Positions 29,567 to 39,130 are shown, counted from the whole stretch's first letter. The stretch is DNA of 61,607 bases, filler included, from Bdellovibrionota bacterium (GCA_963169515.1; 5 parts of 5 records of this genome joined end to end with filler, not necessarily neighbours in it), one strand, 5' to 3'. A program made the numbers and translations. The notes: a model not told the origin generated them from the letters alone.

Positions 29567-30082
29567 ATGTCTGGCGACACTGAAAAACCATCGTTTGTAC
29601 CAGAGGGCGAGCTTGTTTACTCAATCGAAAAACAAATTCTTTGGAATGAAAATCACATTAATGAAATGGACTCCTATGAGCCAGAAAAAGCCAAGTTCCT
29701 GGTTGTTGAGGATGATCCTGTCACTCAAAAAATTTTAAAAGAGTTCGTGCAAAGCACTTATCGCGATGTTGAGTGTCTAACTGCTGAAAGTGCGGTTCAA
29801 GCATTAAAAATCTTAGACAATAATCAAATCGATCTTGTGATCTGTGATTATTTTCTTGAGGGACATTATACAGGGCTGGACTTGTGGCATAGCGCTGTTG
29901 CTCTTTACCCTGAGACCGAATTTGTCATTACATCGACTATGAATCTGCCAAAATATTTGGATATTGTATCGGGCATCAGATATCCGCCCAATTTTATTCC
30001 AAAGCCAGTAGAGTTTGAGTCATGGAAGAAGTTGATTGATGAAACAAACGCTGGGGGTAAGTATGAGAAGTCTTATCAATAA
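29567..30082 (+). CDS. stand-alone response-regulator receiver with N-terminal extension
   Basis: LVVEDD, DLVICD, TGLD, PKP; GAGGAGG RBS. Confidence 0.88.
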   Translation: MSGDTEKPSFVPEGELVYSIEKQILWNENHINEMDSYEPEKAKFLVVEDDPVTQKILKEFVQSTYRDVECLTAESAVQALKILDNNQIDLVICDYFLEGHYTGLDLWHSAVALYPETEFVITSTMNLPKYLDIVSGIRYPPNFIPKPVEFESWKKLIDETNAGGKYEKSYQ

Positions 30083-30144
30083 CCGTTCAAGGCACCCCGC
30101 GGTGAAGTCATATCACTTTAGTAATGCTCAAATCACGGTCGAGT

Positions 30145-30244
30145 NNNNNNNNNNNNNNNNNNNNNNNNNNNNNNNNNNNNNNNNNNNNTTAATTAATTAA
30201 NNNNNNNNNNNNNNNNNNNNNNNNNNNNNNNNNNNNNNNNNNNN
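30145..30244. other. artificial contig linker
   Basis: N44-TTAATTAATTAA-N44. Confidence 0.98.
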
Positions 30245-30357
30245 TTTCGTTCAAGCAATGGCGTGTTCATTCGTGATGACGTGGACGTGGCAGTGGGCCT
30301 CTAAGGGCACAACACAAGCTGTCCGCTAGATTTTTACCCTTGCGTTTGCTGCGAAAA

Positions 30358-30392
30358 GCCCACCTTATATGAGCCAGGGTGGGCATTTGTTA
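30358..30392 (+). terminator. probable intrinsic terminator of an upstream partial gene
   Basis: GCCCACC/GGTGGGC stem followed by ATTTGTT. Confidence 0.5.
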
Positions 30393-30530
30393 AATTGCCA
30401 TAATGTTTAAATCTTTCCAGTAGTTATTGCTCTTAAGTCTATTAAATTAATTTAATTTGAGGTTTACCTGCGAATTGATTAGATTCTTTTCAAAGACCAT
30501 TTTGCATAATGGCAAAACGATCGAGGGTGT

Positions 30531-31205
30531 ATGAGAATTTTGGTTGTCGAAGATCAAAAAAAAATGGCTGAATTCGTAAAAAAAGGACTTGTCGAGGCCG
30601 GCTACCTTGCGGACGCAGTGGAAACTGGCGGCGCAGCCGAATCCATGGTTGCAGATAACCCATATGATCTCATAATTTTGGACGTAATGCTGCCGGACCA
30701 AAATGGATTTGATACCGCAAGGCACTTAAGGTCTGACGGTTACTCAAACCCAATCCTTATGCTTACAGCGGTTGCCAGCACAAAGGATAAAGTGAATGGA
30801 CTTGACGCCGGTGCCGATGATTATCTGACAAAGCCATTTGAGTTTGATGAGCTACTTGCCCGCGTTCGAGCTCTATTAAGAAGAAAATCCAGCGCAGAGA
30901 AAATCCCGATCTTAAGATATTCGGACTTGGAAATGGATTTGACCACGCGCAAAGTGGCCCGTGAAGGCCAAGCGATCAGCCTAACGGCGAAAGAATTTTC
31001 TCTGCTTGAATACTTATTGCGGAACGCTACTCGGCCTGTAACCCGCACATCGATTAGTGAGCATGTTTGGGATATCCATTTTGATACCGAAAGCAATGTA
31101 ATCGATGTTTATGTGAATATGTTGCGAAAGAAGGTTGATGCACCATTTGGACGAAAGCTTATCCACACAGTGATTGGATATGGGTACGTTCTGAAAGAAG
31201 AGTAA
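30531..31205 (+). CDS. OmpR/PhoB-family response regulator (CusR/CzcR-like)
   Basis: MRILVVED, LDVMLP, GADDYLTKPF, SNVIDVYV..LRKK, IHTVIGYGY. Confidence 0.95.
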   Translation: MRILVVEDQKKMAEFVKKGLVEAGYLADAVETGGAAESMVADNPYDLIILDVMLPDQNGFDTARHLRSDGYSNPILMLTAVASTKDKVNGLDAGADDYLTKPFEFDELLARVRALLRRKSSAEKIPILRYSDLEMDLTTRKVAREGQAISLTAKEFSLLEYLLRNATRPVTRTSISEHVWDIHFDTESNVIDVYVNMLRKKVDAPFGRKLIHTVIGYGYVLKEE

Positions 31206-31206
31206 G

Positions 31207-32643
31207 GTGTTCTTTCGCGGTCTTAAATTCAGGCTAATTTCTTTGTTTGTTTTATTTTTTGGTAGCACCCTCATTTTATTCAGTTATTTTTTATATAATT
31301 CTTTTGAAAAGAACCAATCGCAAGATTTGGACGTCTCTCTTTATAACTATACGGTTGATATAGTGAACTCGGTTAAGGTTGACTTATTTGGCTCTGCATT
31401 TTTAAGCCCAGATTTTACCCGTAACGCGGACAAGATTTTTCCGTTCTCACTTGGGAAAACATTTATTTTATTTCGGGATCCATCAGGGCAAATATTGGTT
31501 CGATCAAAAAATTCATTAAAGCATGAGTTTCCATGGACAGATAAGGCAGCGGAAATTGTTAAAAATTATGGAAAAATGTACCAGACCATTTTACTTGATG
31601 CGGATGAAGATTCGCGTACTCCCATGCAAAGATATCGCATGATCACACACAATATTGATGCGCCAGGGGGGCAGCGATTGGTGATTCAAGTTGCGGCCCC
31701 ATTGGATTTGCTTGAACGACAGCAACGCAGGCTTCGAAATTTTTTCTTCGTATCTATTCCGGTAGTGTTAGTTTTGGCATCCCTTATGGGCTGGCTATTC
31801 ACACGAGGGGCCTTGCAACCTGTTACAGATATCATTACCAAAGCGAAAAAAATCAGCGTTGGAAATTTGTCAGACCGTATTCCAACACCCAAAATAAAAG
31901 ATGAAATCCATATGCTCGTAGGAAGCTTGAACGATCTCTTGAGTCGGCTCGAAGGGGCGTTTACCAGCCAGGAAAGGTTCATTGCGGATGCATCTCATCA
32001 GCTAAAAACACCGCTTGCAATTTTAAAAGGTGAATTGGATCTGATTAAAAATAAAAACTTAAGCGCGCAAGAAACCAAAGAATTTTTGAAGAGCATGGGA
32101 GAAGAAGTAGAAACTTTATCAAAAATCGTAGAGAATCTATTGCTTTTGGCACGAGTGGATGCGGGAATTGAGAAGTTTAAATTTGAACCTGTCCGTATGG
32201 AAGAGGTCTTGTTAAATCAAATTTCAAGACTTGAAAAGCTTGCGCACACACGGGAAAATAAAATTATTTTCAATATGTCAGAAAAAGAAGGTGGCTACGA
32301 GATTTTAGGGGATGACGAATTATTGGGTTGCCTGTTTCATAACTTGATTGAAAATGCTATTAAATATTCTCCAGAGGGGAAACAAATAGAAATTAATTTA
32401 TTCGAACGTCAAAACGAATTAAATGTCGAGGTTCGCGACCATGGCTCTGGTATCGCAGAAAATGAAAAAGAAAAAATTTTCGACCGCTTTTATCGTGCGG
32501 GGAGTAATGGAACAAAAGCAACCGGCTATGGCCTCGGTTTAGCGCTTGCAAAAAAAATATCTGAAATATTAGGCGGTTATATTACTGTGTCAAATGTAGT
32601 TGATGGTGGAGCCGCCTTTTCTTTTATTATTAAAAAGAATTAA
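31207..32643 (+). CDS. sensor histidine kinase (2 TM, HAMP, HisKA, HATPase)
   Basis: DASHQLKTPL, NLIENAIKY, DHGSGI, IFDRFYR, GYGLGL. Confidence 0.95.
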   Translation: MFFRGLKFRLISLFVLFFGSTLILFSYFLYNSFEKNQSQDLDVSLYNYTVDIVNSVKVDLFGSAFLSPDFTRNADKIFPFSLGKTFILFRDPSGQILVRSKNSLKHEFPWTDKAAEIVKNYGKMYQTILLDADEDSRTPMQRYRMITHNIDAPGGQRLVIQVAAPLDLLERQQRRLRNFFFVSIPVVLVLASLMGWLFTRGALQPVTDIITKAKKISVGNLSDRIPTPKIKDEIHMLVGSLNDLLSRLEGAFTSQERFIADASHQLKTPLAILKGELDLIKNKNLSAQETKEFLKSMGEEVETLSKIVENLLLLARVDAGIEKFKFEPVRMEEVLLNQISRLEKLAHTRENKIIFNMSEKEGGYEILGDDELLGCLFHNLIENAIKYSPEGKQIEINLFERQNELNVEVRDHGSGIAENEKEKIFDRFYRAGSNGTKATGYGLGLALAKKISEILGGYITVSNVVDGGAAFSFIIKKN

Positions 32644-32682
32644 TTCCAATTTAATATTTGTTTAAATGCAGTATGCGAGACT
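32640..32682 (+). promoter_or_regulatory. putative OmpR-family binding site and promoter
   Basis: TTAA at 32640, 32651 and 32662 (11-bp period), then a TGcGAGACT extended -10-like element. Confidence 0.45.
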
Positions 32683-32688
32683 GGTATC

Positions 32689-32774
32689 CAGTTAATGAGA
32701 TCCCCCTCTAATTACTTACGAACCTCTCGCAATGAGAGCGAAGGGTAGGCCGAAAGCCTACCCTTCTTCCTTTT
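32689..32774 (+). ncRNA. candidate small regulatory RNA
   Basis: C-rich single-stranded TCCCCCTCT, CTCTC/GAGAG hairpin, strong terminator, no ORF. Confidence 0.45.
32740..32774 (+). terminator. intrinsic terminator
   Basis: GAAGGGTAGGC-CGAAA-GCCTACCCTTC 11-bp perfect stem followed by TTCCTTTT. Confidence 0.85.
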
Positions 32775-32824
32775 GACGGTTTCTTCTAACCTTCGCGTTT
32801 TGTAAAATTAAGCTAATTTGATTA

Positions 32825-33946
32825 ATGTTTAAAACGATGTTTTTAAAAGACATTCAATCAATTCGGCCGGAGAATGTTTTGTCGCAAGAGCAAGCAATTG
32901 AGTGGCTGTCCTGCGCCCATGCACATTCTGAATTTATAGAGAGAAACAAAGATTTAGATAAAGAAGCATTTTATATCAACATAAAGACATTCTTTGAGCG
33001 CTTTGGAATAGATGAAACTCAAATTTTTAGACGCGGAACTGTATTGAAAGACTTGACTCACACGAACTGGGAAGCGATGGACATATTTAAAATTGAATTA
33101 GATCCTCGCGGGATATCAAATGAAGATAGATTGGCGGTCTACTCTATTGAGGCCGAAAAGGTGATAAATGAGTTTTACCAGAATGTGATGGAAGCGCCTG
33201 CAAATATATTTCATGTGACATGTACGGGCTATGCTTCTCCAAGTTGCGCTCAAAAAATTGTGGGCAGTAAACACTGGGGAGATAGAACTCAGGTTATGCA
33301 CATTTACCATATGGGGTGCCATGCTGCGATCACGGCAATACGGATTGGGTTGGGACAGACAGAGAAAGGAAAATCAACTGACGTTATACATACGGAAATT
33401 TGTAGTCTTTATTTGGACCCGTCACTTCATGATCCGGAACAATTAATTTTACAGAGTATATTCGCAGATGGATTCATCAAGTATTCGTTTGATTTTGAAC
33501 AGCCAGAGAGAGGCTTTCGCGTTGTATCGGCCATGGAAAAAATCGTATCTGATTCCGAGGGCGTAATGACATACGTTCAGGCCAGTCCTGGAATGGCAAT
33601 CATGCTATCCCAGGGAGCGATGGATTTAATGTCTGAATATGTATTAGAGTTTGTAGTTAAAGACTTAAAACTTGCATTGCACGAATTAAAGGACTGTGTT
33701 TTTGCAATCCATCCTGCTGGGCCGCGGATAATTGAAAGCTTACAGCAGCTTTTGCGGCTCAATGAAAATCAGGTAATTCACAGCCAGCAAGTATTATTTG
33801 AAAATGGGAATATGGCGTCTGCGACGCTGCCATACATCTGGAAAAATATTTTAGAGGATAAAAACGTCAAATCGGGAACAATTGTTATCAGCTTGGCAAT
33901 TGGCCACGGGCTTACTGTTGCGGGGGCGATTTTTGAGAAAATTTAA
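32825..33946 (+). CDS. type III polyketide synthase (chalcone synthase-like)
   Basis: HVTCTG, HMGC (Cys), FADG, HPAGPRI (His), GNMASAT (Asn), GHGLT. Confidence 0.88.
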   Translation: MFKTMFLKDIQSIRPENVLSQEQAIEWLSCAHAHSEFIERNKDLDKEAFYINIKTFFERFGIDETQIFRRGTVLKDLTHTNWEAMDIFKIELDPRGISNEDRLAVYSIEAEKVINEFYQNVMEAPANIFHVTCTGYASPSCAQKIVGSKHWGDRTQVMHIYHMGCHAAITAIRIGLGQTEKGKSTDVIHTEICSLYLDPSLHDPEQLILQSIFADGFIKYSFDFEQPERGFRVVSAMEKIVSDSEGVMTYVQASPGMAIMLSQGAMDLMSEYVLEFVVKDLKLALHELKDCVFAIHPAGPRIIESLQQLLRLNENQVIHSQQVLFENGNMASATLPYIWKNILEDKNVKSGTIVISLAIGHGLTVAGAIFEKI

Positions 33947-35235
33947 TCAATCCAAACCGTTTTTATATTTACAAATTCGCGTATGCCCACGGTTGAAAGC
34001 TCTCGGCCGAACCCACTTTGCTTGATTCCGCCGAATGGCATACGAGGGTCTGATTTGACCATAGAGTTTACAAAACAAAGGCCGGCGTTTAGATGTTCTT
34101 TGGCGATCTTTTCCCCCGTTGCTCTGTTTGCGGTAAAAACAGTCGCGCCTAATCCATAAATTGAGTCATTGGCAATTTTAAGCGCCTCGTCGTCACTATT
34201 TGCTGCAATTATCGCTGCCACTGGACCGAAGAGCTCTTCATCATAGGCAGGCATTCCTTTTTTAACTTCGGTTAAGACGGTCGGGGGATAAAAGGCACCT
34301 CCTGCATTATGGATTTCGCCCCCACAAAGGACTTTTGCGCCCATTGCGATGCTCTTAGTGACCTGCTTATGTAGCTCATCACGCAGATCGATTCGTGAGA
34401 GAGGGCCAATGTCGGTCTTTGGATCTAGAGGATCGCCGACAACGAGGTCTTTCATCTTTTTTACAAACTTTTGCTCAAAAACATTTTGAATAGATTTCTC
34501 AACAATAAAGCGTTTGGCGGCAACACAGCTTTGACCGGCGTTGATGGTTCGGCTTCGAACTGCCGTTTCAACGGCCGTATCAATGTCGGCATCACTCAAA
34601 ATGACAAAGGGATCGCTTCCGCCGAGCTCCAAGACACATTTTTTTAAATACTGCCCGCAAAGCGCTGCGACTGCGCGACCCGCCGGGGTGCTTCCGGTTA
34701 AGGTTACGGCTGCGATTAATGGATCTTGAATCAACTTTTGGGCGTCTTGAGCAGAAATTAATAAAGACGTGAAGACTCCTTTTGGGAAGCCTGCCTCTAG
34801 AAATGCGGACTCAATGGCTTTGGAGCATTTTGGAACATTGGATGCGTGTTTTAATATGGCAACATTACCCGCCATAAGCGTGGGTGCTGCAAAACGAATG
34901 ACCTGCCAGAAGGGAAAGTTCCACGGCATGATGGCCAAAATGATTCCAAGCGGTTGGTAACTAATAAAACTACGACTTGCTTCGGTTTCAATGACTTCGT
35001 CTTGAAGGAATTTTTCGGAATTTTGCGCATAATAAACACAGTTCAGAGCGCATTTTTCGATTTCGGCGACAGCTTCGCGCAGTGGCTTACCCATTTCTTC
35101 GACTATTATACGCGCATAGCTCTGCTTATTTTTTTTCAGAACTTCAGACAATTTCAAAAACAAATCTGATCGTTCAGAAAAAGAACATCTACGCCAATTT
35201 TCAAAAGCCACTTGAGAATTTTGGATTTCTTTCAT
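33943..35235 (-). CDS. NAD(P)-dependent succinate-semialdehyde dehydrogenase-like ALDH
   Basis: MPWNFPFWQ, LKHASNVP, TGS, LELGGSDP, GQSC, EELFGP, PFGGIKQSGFGREL. Confidence 0.92.
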   Translation of the reverse strand: MKEIQNSQVAFENWRRCSFSERSDLFLKLSEVLKKNKQSYARIIVEEMGKPLREAVAEIEKCALNCVYYAQNSEKFLQDEVIETEASRSFISYQPLGIILAIMPWNFPFWQVIRFAAPTLMAGNVAILKHASNVPKCSKAIESAFLEAGFPKGVFTSLLISAQDAQKLIQDPLIAAVTLTGSTPAGRAVAALCGQYLKKCVLELGGSDPFVILSDADIDTAVETAVRSRTINAGQSCVAAKRFIVEKSIQNVFEQKFVKKMKDLVVGDPLDPKTDIGPLSRIDLRDELHKQVTKSIAMGAKVLCGGEIHNAGGAFYPPTVLTEVKKGMPAYDEELFGPVAAIIAANSDDEALKIANDSIYGLGATVFTANRATGEKIAKEHLNAGLCFVNSMVKSDPRMPFGGIKQSGFGRELSTVGIREFVNIKTVWID

Positions 35236-35247
35236 ACCAACCTTGGC

Positions 35248-35280
35248 GGGTGCCAGGCACCCAATGTCCGAATTTCGGAC
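35248..35280. repeat. two adjacent 15-bp palindromes
   Basis: GGGTGCC-A-GGCACCC (35248-35262) and GTCCGAA-T-TTCGGAC (35266-35280). Confidence 0.8.
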
Positions 35281-37148
35281 TAGTTTAGCAGTGTTCTTAC
35301 CTTTTGTTCAAGTAGAGGTGCGTTTGCTGAATGCGGCGGTATCGAGGAGCCTATTTTAATCCAAACGGGAAACCAAATTCGACGAGGTAAATGTCCCAAG
35401 GCTTTTCCGCCCTTGCGGCTAAAGACACTTCCCCATATTCCCTTGAGTGCAACAGGGACGACGGGCACAGGATCACGCGCGATAATGTGTTCAATGCCCT
35501 TTCTAAATATCTTCATTTGACCATCATCGGTGAGCCCACCTTCTGGGAAGATACAAACTAGGCCTCCAGATCGAAGCCGTGTGGATACAGTGTCAAATGC
35601 TTTTGCAAAAATAACTGGGTCTTCGTTCTTTCCTGCAATTGGAATCACATTGGCATTTTTAAAAAGGTAGCGCACAAGGGGAATGTTGAAAAACTTGTAG
35701 TACATCACAAAAGAAATTGGCCGTTTTATTCCAGCAGATAAAATGAGCCAATCAATGAAAGTCACATGGTTACAAACCAGAATGGCGGCTCCTTCTTTGG
35801 GTATATTGGAGTGCCCTTCCACGCGAATGCGATAAATCATACGAGCCAAGATCCACGCCAAAAAACGTAGAGTGAATTCAGGGACAAGGTGATAAATATA
35901 AACGGCAACAATCAGGTTAAAGGCTCCATAGATAAGAAAAATTTGTGGAATTGTTAGTTTGATTGCATAAAACCACATCAAAAGTACAGACGACACCACC
36001 ATAAAAAGCGAGTTCAAAATATTGTTACCAGCAACAATTCGTGATCGTATTTCGCGTGGGGTTCGTTCTTGGATAAGTGTGTACAGGGGCACATTGAAGA
36101 GCCCCCCGGAAAAGGCAATCCCAAAAAGGTCCAAGACAATTCGAAATGAGCCTGGCGTATTCAAAAATTCTTCAAGACTAAGCAAACTGGATGGCTGGGC
36201 GGACCATTGTGAGCTGGAGAAAGCCATGTCCACTAAAAAAAGTGTCATGCCGAGGGATCCAAAGGGCACGAGTCCTATCTCAACACGATTAAAAGAGAGC
36301 TTTTCACAGACAATCGATCCAGCAGCAATTCCAATTACAAAAACAGCCAAGAATGCGGTTACAACGTGTTCGCCTCCAGACAAAACATTTTTCGTTAAAA
36401 TGGGAAGTACAGATAAAATTGCAGCACCTAAAAACCAAAACCATGAAATGCCAAGAATAGAATTAAATACGGCTTTGTTTGGATAGGCCAACTTTGTTGT
36501 TTTTAACATTTGAGGGAATGGATTTTTTTCTAAAATTAAATTTGGATCAGCGACAATCACTTTAGGAACAAATTGGGATGTAACAATTCCGCAAACGCTT
36601 AAGAAAAGTAATCCAGCAATCAGGTACATTTCGCCGCCGGGCAACGACACAACGACGCCGCCACAAATGGTCCCTATAAGAATCGCCATAAAGGTACCCA
36701 CTTCGACGTATGCATTTCCAGAGACAAGTTGCTCTTCCCTCACAAGCTCAGGAATTATACTGTACTTGATTGGTCCAAAAACGGTGGAGTGCAGACCCAT
36801 TAAAAACAACGAAATCATGAGTATTGCATAGTGATGGGAGTAAAAAGCAAAAGCAGCGATCAGCATAATTGCCAGTTCGGCCCACTTTACGGCTTTAATT
36901 AGGTGGGACTTTTCAAATTTGTCTGCGATCTGTCCGGCCATAGATGAAAATAGAAAAAATGGCAGAATAAATATACCGCTTGCAAACGCCACAAGCTGCT
37001 TGTCGTCCATCCCCCATAAGACAATTCCTTTGTATGCCACCAACATGACCAAAGCATTTTTAAAATAGTTATCGTTAAGAGCTCCGAAAAACTGCGTCCA
37101 AAAGAGTGGCCAAAATTTTTTGTCTTTGTAGATCAAGTCAATCGACAT
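35280..37148 (-). CDS. LplT-like MFS lysophospholipid transporter fused to PlsC-type acyltransferase
   Basis: TQFFGALNDN, FGPIKYSIIP; C-terminal NHVTFID and FPEG. Confidence 0.9.
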   Translation of the reverse strand: MSIDLIYKDKKFWPLFWTQFFGALNDNYFKNALVMLVAYKGIVLWGMDDKQLVAFASGIFILPFFLFSSMAGQIADKFEKSHLIKAVKWAELAIMLIAAFAFYSHHYAILMISLFLMGLHSTVFGPIKYSIIPELVREEQLVSGNAYVEVGTFMAILIGTICGGVVVSLPGGEMYLIAGLLFLSVCGIVTSQFVPKVIVADPNLILEKNPFPQMLKTTKLAYPNKAVFNSILGISWFWFLGAAILSVLPILTKNVLSGGEHVVTAFLAVFVIGIAAGSIVCEKLSFNRVEIGLVPFGSLGMTLFLVDMAFSSSQWSAQPSSLLSLEEFLNTPGSFRIVLDLFGIAFSGGLFNVPLYTLIQERTPREIRSRIVAGNNILNSLFMVVSSVLLMWFYAIKLTIPQIFLIYGAFNLIVAVYIYHLVPEFTLRFLAWILARMIYRIRVEGHSNIPKEGAAILVCNHVTFIDWLILSAGIKRPISFVMYYKFFNIPLVRYLFKNANVIPIAGKNEDPVIFAKAFDTVSTRLRSGGLVCIFPEGGLTDDGQMKIFRKGIEHIIARDPVPVVPVALKGIWGSVFSRKGGKALGHLPRRIWFPVWIKIGSSIPPHSANAPLLEQKVRTLLN

Positions 37149-37166
37149 GTTTCATCGAAACATGTC
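37144..37166. promoter_or_regulatory. inverted repeat over start codon in a divergent promoter region
   Basis: GACATGTTTC-ATC-GAAACATGTC, 10-bp perfect arms. Confidence 0.5.
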
Positions 37167-37217
37167 TGGTTATTCTTGGCAAGTTGACTTTGTTTTTTCA
37201 AGCCCTACCATGTAAAG

Positions 37218-38447
37218 ATGAATAAATGGATTTTGGGCATTATCTTGTTAGGAATGATTTTGCGCGGGGTTTTGATTTTGAGGCAGCCCTATCCGTTGGT
37301 GGCACATGAGGCCAGCAATTTTGTTGAGTATGTCGAGATAATAAAAAAAGAATGGCGTATTCCAGATCCAAATGAGTGTTGGGTGTGTTATCATCCGCCA
37401 TTATATATGTTGTCGGCCACAATATTTTCTGAAAGTGCTGACAAATTATTTGGCGGCTCAACCTCAACACACGTTCAAATATTTAGTTTTTTGCTCTCGA
37501 TTGTATTTATGTTTCTTTCGCAGGCCTATTTGCGGATGCTTTTGAAGCCAGAATCAAAAAATGAAATGAAGATATTTTATTTGATTTTTTCTTTTTTGAT
37601 TTTTTGGCCTTCGGTCGTGATGAATACGGTTCGAATCGGAAATGAAAGCTTAAATTATATTTGGCTTTTATGCTTTTTAATTTACTTTCAAAAATGGATT
37701 GACACAAAAAATAAAAAGTTTTTGGCTGGAGCGCTTTTGGCTATCGTATTGGTATACTTCACAAAAAGCTCTTGGATGATTCCGGTTGGAATAATTTCTG
37801 GATATTATTTTTTGAAACGTATTCGGCTGCGATGGCTGATTTTTACTGGTTGTATGATTATGGCATTAGAGGCCGGTATGCAAGCCCATGGGAAGGGAGT
37901 TTTTCCGATTATCGGAACCAAGCTCGTCCCTAATATGGCGGGATTGCCCAATGATCTTAGGGTGAGCAATTCAATTGGAACACTTTTTGGATTCAGTTTT
38001 CCATTTTATTTCAACACGGCGATTTCTGATCCATTAAAACACCCAGGACGAGATTATTTTTGGTCTTTTTTCTTTCGGACAGCGCGGACAGGAGAGTTTT
38101 CCTATGAAAAATCCAATCATGAATCTGCCTTCGCGCTTATGATTTTTTTTCTAATGATTGTTTTAAGATTTATTGAAACGGCCATTCGCCTTTTTAAAGA
38201 AAAATGGCCGCCGATTCCGGCGTTGGATTTAACAATGTCATTATTTGCGCTTATGGCGATGCGGTTATCTGTCCCGTACGCTTGCGCGCAGGATATGCGT
38301 TACATCACGGTAAGTTTTGTTTCATTTGTGGCGCTCATTGGTTGGGTTATGATAAAGCTTCAAAACAGAAAGTGGCTACTGAATAGCTTTTCTGTCCAGC
38401 TTGTTATACTGATCGCAAGTTCAATAATTTTTTTGTTTAGTATCTGA
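37218..38447 (+). CDS. polytopic membrane protein, GT-C (ArnT/PMT-like) glycosyltransferase
   Basis: First-loop YHPPLY motif, NE, K.S, RY; about 10 TM helices. Confidence 0.7.
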   Translation: MNKWILGIILLGMILRGVLILRQPYPLVAHEASNFVEYVEIIKKEWRIPDPNECWVCYHPPLYMLSATIFSESADKLFGGSTSTHVQIFSFLLSIVFMFLSQAYLRMLLKPESKNEMKIFYLIFSFLIFWPSVVMNTVRIGNESLNYIWLLCFLIYFQKWIDTKNKKFLAGALLAIVLVYFTKSSWMIPVGIISGYYFLKRIRLRWLIFTGCMIMALEAGMQAHGKGVFPIIGTKLVPNMAGLPNDLRVSNSIGTLFGFSFPFYFNTAISDPLKHPGRDYFWSFFFRTARTGEFSYEKSNHESAFALMIFFLMIVLRFIETAIRLFKEKWPPIPALDLTMSLFALMAMRLSVPYACAQDMRYITVSFVSFVALIGWVMIKLQNRKWLLNSFSVQLVILIASSIIFLFSI

Positions 38448-38486
38448 TTGGGGGCGGGGATAATTCATTAAAAAAATTGGAAAATA

Positions 38487-38771
38487 TTATTCGTCATAAA
38501 CATACTTTCGATGCTTTATCAGTATTACTGTCACTGTTTTACTATCATTATCTACACGATATATAATTCTGTAATCGCCGACGCGAATTCTTCGATGTCC
38601 CTTGAAACTGTAACGTAAAGGTTTGCCAAGCCCGACGGGGTCCGCACTCAATCTTGTTTCAATTGCCCTTTTAATGCGATCACGCATGGTGCGTGGCAGG
38701 GTAGGAATATCTTCGTCCACCACTGTATCGAGATACTCGATCTGAAAAACGCTATTTCCAGGCTTTATCAT
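38487..38771 (-). CDS. RelE/ParE-family toxin
   Basis: GKPLRYSFKGHRRIRVGDYRIIY...IKHRKYVY; start uncertain (38771 preferred over 38801). Confidence 0.92.
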   Translation of the reverse strand: MIKPGNSVFQIEYLDTVVDEDIPTLPRTMRDRIKRAIETRLSADPVGLGKPLRYSFKGHRRIRVGDYRIIYRVDNDSKTVTVILIKHRKYVYDE

Positions 38772-38973
38772 GCGGGACTGTTTTTTTAGACTTCGCTTCA
38801 CGCTTCATTGCAATTTCTGAAAGCAAAAGATCTTCATGTTTCTCTAGAGCGTCTTCGATAAGTTCTTTGGCTACCACAGACATAGATTTTTCTTCTTGTT
38901 TGGATATTCTTTCAACCATTTCATATAGTTCAGGGTCTAAAACGACATTCAGGCGGGGGTTTTTTGTTGGCAT
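38752..38973 (-). CDS. ribbon-helix-helix antitoxin
   Basis: PRLNVVL..SMSVVAKELIEDALE..ED..VPHDKAWK; AGGAGG RBS; overlaps the toxin. Confidence 0.9.
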   Translation of the reverse strand: MPTKNPRLNVVLDPELYEMVERISKQEEKSMSVVAKELIEDALEKHEDLLLSEIAMKREAKSKKTVPHDKAWK

Positions 38974-39004
38974 AAGGCCTCCTTTAAGGACCTATTTGAA
39001 GTGT

Positions 39005-39016
39005 ATCACTAGTGAT
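39005..39016. promoter_or_regulatory. probable TA operator
   Basis: Perfect palindrome ATCACTAGTGAT about 30 bp upstream of the antitoxin start. Confidence 0.6.
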
Positions 39017-39130
39017 GAACCATGTAAAGAGGTTTTTAAACAAATGCTTTCCGCGCAGAGGATGACTCAAAATGCCTTGATTCCTGTGACGCAGCTTTTC
39101 GTCTCCATGATAGGCTTGAGAGGGCAAAAG

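Noticed and set aside
30063..30329. Gene fragments on either side of the second linker
   Set aside because: Under 30 codons each and on different contigs; unassignable
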